The notes beneath the pieces are model-generated. The model did not search any database. It was given only the letters and a program-made list of their open reading frames with translations, and was not told where the DNA came from. A stretch of DNA of 64,000 nt from Candidatus Zambryskiibacteriota bacterium. GTDB lineage: Bacteria > Patescibacteriota > Minisyncoccia > Phycocordibacterales > WO2-35-19. The stretch spans positions 4,027 to 68,026 of the forward strand of contig CAWJAC010000004.1 of the NCBI GenBank assembly GCA_963840745.1, in the 5' to 3' direction. Numbering within the stretch: the first letter of the stretch is position 1; each line of letters opens with the position of its first letter. Shown piece by piece: positions 17,458 to 24,797 of the stretch. The position numbers were made by a program, and so were the translations under genes.

Positions 17458-18436
17458 AAGATTTATGCATCATTATAATTTTCCGCCTTTTTCGGTTGGC
17501 GAAGTGGGCCGAGTGGGCGGTATGAATCGTAGAATGACAGGCCACGGCGCTCTGGCTGAAAAAGCTTTAATTCCCATTTTGCCGACCAAAGAAAATTTCC
17601 CTTACACCATAAGAATAGTTTCGGAAGTTTTGGCTTCAAACGGCTCGAGTTCCATGGGTTCTGTTTGCAGCAGCTCGATAGCTTTGATGGATGCTGGCGT
17701 GCCAATTAAGAAACCCGTTGCCGGCATAGCTTCCGGTCTCATGATGAATGGCTCAAAATATAAAGTGCTCACTGACATTCAAGGGCCGGAAGACGAACAT
17801 GGCGATATGGATTTCAAAGTGGCAGGTACCAGAGACGGAGTGACGGCGGTGCAAATGGATGTCAAAGTAAATGGTATTCCTCTATTTATTCTCAAAGAAG
17901 CTTTTGAAAAAGCCAAAGCAGTCAGATATAAAATTTTGGACTGTATGGAAGCTGAAATAAAATCACCGCGATCGGATTTGTCACCTCGTGCGCCAAGGAT
18001 TATTTCTATCAAAATAAAGCCTGATCAAATCGGTATGGTCATCGGCACTGGCGGCAAGGTTATAAATGAAATCAAGGAAAATACCGGAGTGGAAATTGAT
18101 ATAGAAGAAGATGGCACAGTTTATATAACTGGTGAAGCGGTAGGGGCTGAAAAAGCCAAATCTTTAGTTGAAGATATTGTCAAAGAATACAAAGAAGGCG
18201 ACAGATGTATGGGAGAAGTGGTGCGAGTGGCTGACTTCGGAGTCATAGTAAAACTGGGGCCCAAGAGCGATGGACTGGTTCATGTTTCAGAAATTGCTCC
18301 TTTCAGAATAGAAAAAGTGGAAACCTATATGAAAATAGGAATGAAAGTGCCGATAATCATAAAAGGCATAGATGACAAAGGCCGGCTCAAACTCTCCATC
18401 AAAGACGCAGACCCCAATTTCATTCAGAGAAAATAA
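17402..18436 (+). CDS. pnp: polynucleotide phosphorylase, C-terminal part (RNase PH 2, KH, S1)
   Basis: Continues the protein in the +1 frame: (L)GAPGDSQMIDGME...FPPFSVGE...GHGALAEKAL, then KH (GTGGKVINEIKE) and S1 (GEVVRVADFGVIVKL) domains. Confidence 0.85.
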   Translation: MGAPGDSQMIDGMETHADKRFMHHYNFPPFSVGEVGRVGGMNRRMTGHGALAEKALIPILPTKENFPYTIRIVSEVLASNGSSSMGSVCSSSIALMDAGVPIKKPVAGIASGLMMNGSKYKVLTDIQGPEDEHGDMDFKVAGTRDGVTAVQMDVKVNGIPLFILKEAFEKAKAVRYKILDCMEAEIKSPRSDLSPRAPRIISIKIKPDQIGMVIGTGGKVINEIKENTGVEIDIEEDGTVYITGEAVGAEKAKSLVEDIVKEYKEGDRCMGEVVRVADFGVIVKLGPKSDGLVHVSEIAPFRIEKVETYMKIGMKVPIIIKGIDDKGRLKLSIKDADPNFIQRK

Positions 18437-18558
18437 TAGTATAATGTAAATATGGATCCCGAAGAAAAAAAAAACTCTTCCGAAGATTTTGGCAAGAGTC
18501 ATTGACGCTTTGCATAGCAAGCAAAAATTGCTCTTCTTTGCGCACCTATCAGGGCGAT

Positions 18559-19374
18559 ATGGCCGAATTTATAAAGAATAAAAACGAATCGGTGATTTCT
18601 GTTGCGGTAAAAGAAAAAGAAAGAAAAGAAGAAAAAATAGAAACAGAAGAAAAAGAAAAAAAGGAAAACCCTCATTCCTCTCAAAAATCAACTCCAAAAA
18701 AAGAAGGTTTTCAAATAAACTTTACAATACTTTTGCTGAGCGTTTTCTTGATTGGTGGAGGTGTTTTAGTTTATTTTTATGTTTTTAAATTTATAAAAGA
18801 AGCGCCGCCGGCAGAAGTTGTCGTCAAAGAAGAAATTATTCCCTACAACAACGAAATTGCTCTTGCTAACGTAACAAACGGAAGTTTTGGAGAGGAGCTC
18901 GGAAAACTTCCGGTTTCTAATGGCATTAATATTGTGAATATATCCGATGCAAGCGGCCTCTCTCTCCAGAAAGTCAAAGATTTTTTTAATTTTTTAGGAA
19001 TATCACTGCCTCCCGCATTGGATAGAACACTCAAAGACCAATATGCGGTTGGAGTAATTTCTCAAGATCAAGAAGATTCTTACTTTTTGGTTATAACCGT
19101 AAATGATTTCGGTACCGCTTTTTCGGCCATGCTTGATTGGGAGGGTAATATGGACAAAGACCTGTCTTTCTTAAATACCGCTTCGAGCACTGAAACTTTC
19201 AGCTGGAAAGATCTTATAGTTAAAAATAAAGATACAAGAGGCTTGGTAGATGACAAAGGCGAAAGCAAAATCGCTTATACTTTCCTTGATAAAAACACTA
19301 TTCTGATCACCAACAATCTTTCCGCCATCGGCGATATTTCATCAGCCTATGTTTCTCGTTCGGTTGCCAGATAG
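18559..19374 (+). CDS. hypothetical membrane-anchored protein
   Basis: First ATG of ORF 18502-19374. Lys/Glu-rich N-terminus, one TM helix (FTILLLSVFLIGGGVLVYFYVF), then a soluble domain. The start codon is uncertain. Confidence 0.6.
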   Translation: MAEFIKNKNESVISVAVKEKERKEEKIETEEKEKKENPHSSQKSTPKKEGFQINFTILLLSVFLIGGGVLVYFYVFKFIKEAPPAEVVVKEEIIPYNNEIALANVTNGSFGEELGKLPVSNGINIVNISDASGLSLQKVKDFFNFLGISLPPALDRTLKDQYAVGVISQDQEDSYFLVITVNDFGTAFSAMLDWEGNMDKDLSFLNTASSTETFSWKDLIVKNKDTRGLVDDKGESKIAYTFLDKNTILITNNLSAIGDISSAYVSRSVAR

Positions 19375-19394
19375 TATTATATTATGATAAAATA

Positions 19395-19766
19395 GTGGCC
19401 ATCATGAGAGAAGACATAGACATTAAATACTTTAAGGATAAATTAGAAACAGAACTTTCTTTGATAGAGAAAGAACTGAATGAGGTTGGCAGAAAAAATC
19501 CAGACGTCAAAGGCGATTGGGAAGCTGAGCCTTCAGATGATACCGATAGTGCCGATCCTAATGAAGCGGCTGATAAAATAGAAGAATACGAGGGGAACAC
19601 TGCTGTGCTTAAAGAATTGGAAATAAGATACAATGATATAAAAGATGCTTTGACCAAAATTGAAAAGGGCACTTATGGATTTTGCGAAGTTTCGGGCGAG
19701 CCGATTGAAAAGGATAGACTGGAAGCCAACCAAGCCGCTCGCACCTGCAAAAAACACATGTCTTAA
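19395..19766 (+). CDS. DksA/TraR-family zinc-finger protein
   Basis: Coiled-coil N-terminal half and a C-terminal YGFCEVSGEPIEKDRLEANQAARTCKKH motif. Only two Cys, so a degenerate finger. Confidence 0.7.
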   Translation: MAIMREDIDIKYFKDKLETELSLIEKELNEVGRKNPDVKGDWEAEPSDDTDSADPNEAADKIEEYEGNTAVLKELEIRYNDIKDALTKIEKGTYGFCEVSGEPIEKDRLEANQAARTCKKHMS

Positions 19767-19776
19767 AGTATGAATT

Positions 19777-21315
19777 ATGTCTTACGCTAAGGTTCACAGT
19801 GCACAGGCTTCATTACTCAAACCTTACATAGTTGATGTGGAAGCGGACCTCTCACGGGGTCTTAATTCTTTTTCTATTGTCGGTTTGGGAGACAAGGCGG
19901 TGGATGAAGCCAAAGATAGAATTAGCGCGGCTGTCAAAAATTCCGGATTTGAATCTCCAAAATCCAAAAATCACAAAGTTGTCATATCGCTCGCTCCCGC
20001 TGAAGTTAGAAAAGAAGGTTCTGGACTTGATGTGGCTATCGCTCTCTCATATTTGCTTGCCAGCGGAGATATTCTTTTTGATCCTAAAGACAAAATATTT
20101 TTAGGGGAGCTTTCCTTGGATGGTTGTCTGCGTTCTGTTAAGGGGGCTTTGGCTTTTGCCCGTAAAGCTAAAGAAAAAGGATTCAGAGAAATATATTTAC
20201 CCATTGAAAATGCTCCTGAGGCAGCCCTTGTTGACGGTATTAGAGTTTATGGCGCCGAGACTCTGCAGGAAATAATAAATCACATAGCCCATGACGCCAA
20301 CATAAATCAAAAATTAAAAAAGCAAAATAAAAAAGAAATTAAGAACCTCTACAATATTTCACTTGACCTGGCCGATATAAAGGGTCAAGAAGCGGCCAAG
20401 AGAGCGCTAGAAATAGCTGCAGCCGGAGGTCACAACATTGCTCTTTATGGTCCGCCCGGCACTGGCAAGACTATGCTTGCTAAAGCTTTGCCTGGCATTT
20501 TGCCGCCTCTTTCGTTTGATGAAATTTTGGAAGTGACAGAGATCCATTCAATGACAGGAGCCTTGGGCGATACATTAATAGCCGAGAGACCCTTTCGCTC
20601 TCCTCACCACACAGCATCTTATGTGGCTTTGATCGGTGGCGGTACTAATCCTCGCCCTGGGGAGGTGACACTGGCTCATAAAGGAGTTTTGTTTCTGGAT
20701 GAATTTCCTGAATTTGAAAATAAAGCGCTAGAATCTTTAAGAGAACCTCTAGAAGAAAGAGTAGTTTCTGTTTCTCGTGCCAAAGGCACTGTCAAATTTC
20801 CCGCTCATTTTATTTTAGTAGCGGCTATGAACCCTTGCCCTTGTGGAAACTTCGGCATTAAGGGCAAGCCTTGCAGCTGTTCGCCGCTTCAGATTGAAAG
20901 ATATAAAAGAAAAATATCAGGGCCAATTATTGATCGCATTGATATTTGGACGGAGGTTTCAAAAGTTGATCACGAAAAGCTCACCGAAAAGGCCGAAAAA
21001 AGTGAAAGCATCCCTGCGCGAGAGAGGATAATCAAAGCTCGCGGCATCCAAGCCAAAAGATTCAGAGATGCTGGCCGAAAAATATCCACCAACTCCGAAA
21101 TGAGCGCTCGCGATATTACTCTCATTTTAAATATATCGGATGAAGTCAAAGAGATTTTAAATAAATCAGCTCGCACTTTGGATCTCTCCGCTCGCTCTTA
21201 TCACAAAATAATAAAACTGGCTCGCACCATCGCCGATCTTGACTCCTCTCTCGAAATTTCTCCTTCCCACATCCTCGAAGCTATCTCTTATCGCCCCAAA
21301 CAGAAGCAGTATTAA
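19777..21315 (+). CDS. comM: ComM/YifB Mg-chelatase-like AAA+ ATPase
   Basis: N-terminal Lon-protease-like domain, Walker A GPPGTGKTM, Walker B VLFLDEFPEF, CxxC...C zinc motif (NPCPCGNFG...CSC). 512 aa. Confidence 0.9.
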   Translation: MSYAKVHSAQASLLKPYIVDVEADLSRGLNSFSIVGLGDKAVDEAKDRISAAVKNSGFESPKSKNHKVVISLAPAEVRKEGSGLDVAIALSYLLASGDILFDPKDKIFLGELSLDGCLRSVKGALAFARKAKEKGFREIYLPIENAPEAALVDGIRVYGAETLQEIINHIAHDANINQKLKKQNKKEIKNLYNISLDLADIKGQEAAKRALEIAAAGGHNIALYGPPGTGKTMLAKALPGILPPLSFDEILEVTEIHSMTGALGDTLIAERPFRSPHHTASYVALIGGGTNPRPGEVTLAHKGVLFLDEFPEFENKALESLREPLEERVVSVSRAKGTVKFPAHFILVAAMNPCPCGNFGIKGKPCSCSPLQIERYKRKISGPIIDRIDIWTEVSKVDHEKLTEKAEKSESIPARERIIKARGIQAKRFRDAGRKISTNSEMSARDITLILNISDEVKEILNKSARTLDLSARSYHKIIKLARTIADLDSSLEISPSHILEAISYRPKQKQY

Positions 21316-21364
21316 AATTTGCTTTTTAATTACACATGAGTAATATCTAAACGGGAGGTGCATT

Positions 21365-21952
21365 TTGATAGAGACAGAGTCAAACCCAAGAATAACATCT
21401 TGGGGTAGGGACAGCATGACCATTTCTGGTATTCTTGAAGAAGATCAGGAAAGAGTCACAGCTTGCTTACAGGCAGGTGCTTACTGGATAAGGGTCCGGG
21501 ATGGAAAGCTTGAGATTGTGGAATCTTGGGAAAAACTGCCGGATCCGATTAATGACGAAAAAATGCTTCCGTTTTGGAGAAAACCAACGGAAGCAGAAAC
21601 TACTCAACTTGAGCTTTTTGAGATGGGGATGGTGGGTGAGCATGACTCGCCATCAATATCTATCCAGCATCTTTGCGGGTATGATTATTCGCCAGAGAAT
21701 TACAGAATGCAGACTGAGAAACTTGAGTCTTACGGATTCGAGTGTCTGCGTTCTCGTCGGGGATTGGATGGAAAATATTGGGAAGTCTGGTTCTTGTCAG
21801 GACTGTGGGCAGCCAAAGGGGATCTGAAGGAAAAAATCGGATCTCATAAGGGAAAAAATGCGCTGAAAACGGCTACCAGTTTCCTCGGCCAACATGTCTC
21901 GTTTGGTACTTTGGACGTTTCTGTCCAGCGTCTGGCGATGGTTATTGAATAG
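21365..21952 (+). CDS. hypothetical protein (cassette 1 orphan, 195 aa)
   Basis: TTG start 6 nt after a strong GGGAGGTG Shine-Dalgarno. Sampled lines have ~47% GC. Followed by a strong terminator. No family recognised. Confidence 0.6.
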   Translation: MIETESNPRITSWGRDSMTISGILEEDQERVTACLQAGAYWIRVRDGKLEIVESWEKLPDPINDEKMLPFWRKPTEAETTQLELFEMGMVGEHDSPSISIQHLCGYDYSPENYRMQTEKLESYGFECLRSRRGLDGKYWEVWFLSGLWAAKGDLKEKIGSHKGKNALKTATSFLGQHVSFGTLDVSVQRLAMVIE

Positions 21953-21963
21953 CGCTCTTTTTG

Positions 21964-22001
21964 GCCCCCGAAGATTTTATTGCTTCGGGGGCACTCTTTT
22001 T
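21964..22001 (+). terminator. intrinsic terminator of the cassette 1 gene
   Basis: gcccccgaag-attttattg-cttcgggggc (10-bp GC-rich stem) followed by actcttttt. Confidence 0.75.
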
Positions 22002-22012
22002 ATTAAAAGGTA

Positions 22013-22045
22013 ATCTCCTACCGCCCAAAACAGCAACAATACTGA
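22013..22045 (+). repeat. displaced copy of the comM 3' end (att-like repeat B)
   Basis: atc tcc tac cgc cca aaa cag caa caa tac tga = ISYRPKQQQY*. It differs from the resident comM end mostly at synonymous positions. Confidence 0.65.
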
Positions 22046-22108
22046 GATATTCTTTGTCTTAATATTAGGGTTTGATATTTTTGTTTAAGTTATGTTAATA
22101 TGTGATAT

Positions 22109-22333
22109 ATGAAAAATACTAAAGAAGAAGTAATAAAAAGCCCCAATTTGTCGGTTATAAAAAAGAGCCATGTAAACAAATGGGTTGTCTTGACTTCTAA
22201 CTATAAGAAACTAATTGCCGTAGGAGATACTCTTTCTTCAGCGCTTAAAAATGCAAAAAACAATAGGTCTGATAATAACGTGGTAATAAAAGTACTTCCG
22301 AATGTTGGATATGCTCCTAATATAAGAAGATGA
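22109..22333 (+). CDS. hypothetical small protein (74 aa), upstream partner of the retropepsin-like protease
   Basis: ORF with an ATG start. Its TGA overlaps the ATG of the next gene (ATGA). No motif that I can assign with confidence. Confidence 0.6.
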   Translation: MKNTKEEVIKSPNLSVIKKSHVNKWVVLTSNYKKLIAVGDTLSSALKNAKNNRSDNNVVIKVLPNVGYAPNIRR

Positions 22334-22767
22334 AATTCAATTACACAATTCCTGCTGGTGGAGATGGTATGCCCTTATTAGATTCCAGCGGGAAAATGGT
22401 AAAAAGGCCGTTGTTGCAAATAATTCTCAAGGGAGAAGATGGCAAGGAAATAAATTCTCTCGCACTTATAGATTCTGGTGCCGACACAGCAACCATTAAT
22501 ATTGAATATGCTAGATTCTTAGGTATTGACTTAAGTAAAAGCAAAATTAGGAATATTGCAGGTATAGGTCAAGGAATTATCCCTGTTTATGAAGGAATTT
22601 TCCCTTTCAAAATAAAGGAAATGGATATAGATATGAAAGTGCCGGCGTGGTTCGTTGATAGCCAAAATGTAAATATTTTACTGGGCCAAGAAATTTTCTT
22701 CAATAAATTCAAGATAAAGTTTGAAAAAGACCATGATATTTTTGAATTGGTTGAAGTTAAGAAATAA
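22330..22767 (+). CDS. retropepsin-like (clan AA) aspartic protease
   Basis: LALIDSGADTATIN contains the D-S-G-A catalytic signature in the usual hydrophobic context. Its ~145 aa size is typical of single-lobe bacterial/archaeal retropepsin homologues. Confidence 0.7.
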   Translation: MKFNYTIPAGGDGMPLLDSSGKMVKRPLLQIILKGEDGKEINSLALIDSGADTATINIEYARFLGIDLSKSKIRNIAGIGQGIIPVYEGIFPFKIKEMDIDMKVPAWFVDSQNVNILLGQEIFFNKFKIKFEKDHDIFELVEVKK

Positions 22768-22787
22768 ATAAATAAATTAGAAAGCCA

Positions 22788-22821
22788 TCTCTTAATCGTC
22801 CCAAACAGAAGCAATATTAAT
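22788..22821 (+). repeat. displaced copy of the comM 3' end (att-like repeat C, with a 1-nt insertion)
   Basis: atctcttaAtcgtcccaaacagaagcaatattaa. Removing one A gives ISYRPKQKQY*. Flanks (gaaagcc upstream, aaatttg downstream) also resemble the comM end. Confidence 0.65.
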
Positions 22822-22906
22822 TTTAAAATTTGTAGGGGCCTGAGATACTCTCTTGAAGCAAACACAAGATGCTCTCAGAGAATTTGACGAACTTGCCAAT
22901 ATGCAG

Positions 22907-22938
22907 ATCGGACTAGCCAATGCTAGCCCGATTTTTTT
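22907..22938 (+). terminator. intrinsic terminator
   Basis: atcggactagc-caat-gctagcccgat (11-bp stem, one mismatch) followed by ttttttt. It lies downstream of repeat C and upstream of the capA-like gene. Confidence 0.6.
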
Positions 22939-22961
22939 ATAAATTAGGTATAATTATTAAA

Positions 22962-23851
22962 ATGAAAAAAGTTTTTGTATTTATTTTGAAGCTTGTAGAT
23001 TGTGTTGACGGCGGTTTTGTTTTTTGGTCAGAAACAGAGGAGCCAAGATTTTATTTGTGGGGGATATGATCTTTGACAGATACATTAGGCAGGTAAGTTA
23101 TACAAAAGGCGGAGATTTTATTTTTTCATGTCATATGGTAATTTCTTAAAAGATTCGGACTTGGTGGTGGGAAATCTTGAAGGGCCTATTACTGAAAATG
23201 CCTCAAGAAGCTTACTGTCAGAAGCGGGAGAGTTCAGATAATTTCACTTTCACTTTCCCGACTGCTACAGCAAAACTTTTGGCCGACAATAACATAAAAC
23301 TGGTTAATTTGGGCAATAATCATATAAATAATTTTGGACAATCTGGAATTTCTTCAACTAAAAAATATTTAGACGAAGCGGGAGTAAATTATTTTGGTGG
23401 TTTAAGCGGCAGCGAACCTATTTATCGCACCAATTTAGGAGGACAAAATATCTCTTTTATTTCTTACAACGAATTCGGGGGAGAGAGTACTCAAAAAGTT
23501 GCTTCACAAATTTCCAGTGAAAAAGCAAAAGGCCAGATGGTTTTTATTTATGCACATTGGGGTGATGAATATTCTGAAGTTCCACAAAGAGTCAAAGATA
23601 TAGCAAATCTTTTCGTTCAAAGCGGAGCTGATTTAATTATTGGTTCACACCCACATGTAATTTTGCCTTCTCAAAAAATTGGCGGTTCTCTCGTTTATTA
23701 TTCCCTCGGCAATTTTATTTTTGACCAGTATTGGAACAGAGATGTCTCTACTGGTCTTGTTTTGGAAGTTGATATAAGTAGCGGCAAGTTAAACATAATT
23801 GAACACAAAGTCTCTTTAAATAAAGACGGGAGAACTTGTTTGGTGGATTAA
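22962..23851 (+). pseudogene. CapA/PgsA-like (poly-gamma-glutamate synthesis / metallophosphatase family) gene, disrupted
   Basis: Family-like segments lie in four successive frames: MKKVFVF... (stop 23067), ...ILFVGDMIFDRYIRQ... (stop 23147), ...DLVVGNLEGPITEN... (stop 23239), then ORF 23177-23851 (NLGNNH, HWGDEY, GSHPHV). Confidence 0.6.
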
Positions 23852-23855
23852 ATTG

Positions 23856-24282
23856 TGGAGAAGGGGGCATTGAAGCCCCATGCAAACAAGTTTTGATAAT
23901 GCTTCTACGCGATGTATTTAATTTTATTCTGTCTTTCAACAGAGATTTGATATTTGTTCTATAAAATTAACAAAACAAACAAATATCTAGTTTCTTAGTT
24001 TCAAATATGGAGCGAAACACTTTCTATATTCTAAGCCCGATTTATTACAATCATTCTTTCCTCCGGACGAAAGAAAGATGACCGTCGCTTAGGAGAGAAA
24101 CTTAAAATTAAGCTCTGACGTAAGCGAAAGCGAAATCGTTGACTCCAAAATATGGAGAAACAACAGATTTGGCTTGTGCAAGAATGTTTTTAGCATTTAT
24201 GCGTTGGAAACTTTTTAAGAGTTTTTCCAGCTCTACCGCGCGCATTGTCAAAGAATCTCATTTGTCTAAACCTGTCATCCCC
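23856..24282 (-). ncRNA. ssrA: tmRNA (SsrA)
   Basis: On the minus strand, directly downstream of smpB. 5' GGGGAUGACAGGUUUAGAC..., 3' ...GGGGC-UUCAAU-GCCCC-CUUCUCC-A. Acceptor GGGGAUG/CUUCUCC has the G3:U70 alanine identity pair. There is an internal ORF ...NDFAFAYVRA-UAA whose stop lies in a hairpin. Confidence 0.7.
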
Positions 24283-24321
24283 GCGAAATTTGCCTTATAG
24301 GTAAACTTTGCGTGAATGATG

Positions 24322-24771
24322 TTATTTTAAATTTCTTCTAATCTCTCGTTCTACGTCGCGTTTTTTAATACTCTCTCTTTTATCGTATTTTTTCTTGCCT
24401 CGGACGATAGCGATTTCTATTTTAAGCTTTCTGCCCTTATTATAAACCGAAAGGGGCACAATTGTCAATCCTTTTTGGTTTTCTTCTTCATTAAGTTTTT
24501 CTATTTCCTTTTTAGTCAAAAGTAAACGGCGATTTCGCAGGGGGTCGTAACTTTCTGGCGTATTTGCCGGCTGATATGGAGGGATTTGCATATTGACAAC
24601 AAATGTCTCGTTGCCTCGTACCACAATGTGCGAGCCTTCCAGAGAGCCATGCCCCTTTTTAAGCGACTTTACCTCAAAACCGAGCAATTCAATACCGGCC
24701 TCTATTTTTTCAAGAATTTCATAATTAAAATATGCTTTTTTATTTTGAATTAAGGACATACTCGTAATCAT
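24322..24771 (-). CDS. smpB: SsrA-binding protein SmpB
   Basis: IQNKKAYFNYEILEKIEAGIELLGFEVKSLK... and a basic C-terminal tail, typical of SmpB. An alternative start is 4 codons in (MSLIQNK). Confidence 0.9.
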   Translation of the reverse strand: MITSMSLIQNKKAYFNYEILEKIEAGIELLGFEVKSLKKGHGSLEGSHIVVRGNETFVVNMQIPPYQPANTPESYDPLRNRRLLLTKKEIEKLNEEENQKGLTIVPLSVYNKGRKLKIEIAIVRGKKKYDKRESIKKRDVEREIRRNLK

Positions 24772-24797
24772 ACCATTTTTATGTTATTATTTAATAT

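Larger units (their letters stand above)
21316..22821 (+). mobile_element. integration-scar array: two ~0.7-kb cassettes bounded by repeated comM 3' ends (no integrase present)
   Basis: The last 33 nt of comM (21283-21315, ISYRPKQKQY*) recur in direct orientation at 22013-22045 (ISYRPKQQQY*) and at 22788-22821 (same, with one extra A). Confidence 0.55.

Noticed and set aside
18452-18505. Small ORF MDPEEKKNSSEDFGKSH* containing an A10 run just downstream of pnp. It could be the true, frameshifted N-terminus of the 18502-19374 protein.
   Set aside because: I could not show continuity of a sensible protein across the frames, and no conserved motif anchors it. The start of the downstream gene is simply left uncertain (ATG 18559 used).
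22839-22906. Short coding-looking stretch (…LKQTQDALREFDELANMQIGLANASPIFL*) between comM-end copy C and the terminator at 22907.
   Set aside because: It has no start codon or family assignment. It may be a gene remnant, but the evidence is too thin to annotate.
23858-23880. Hairpin gggggcattgaagcccc just after the capA-like ORF, read at first as its rho-independent terminator.
   Set aside because: It has no U-tract on the plus strand. On the minus strand it is the T-arm of the tmRNA (GGGGC-UUCAAU-GCCCC), followed by the acceptor 3' strand.
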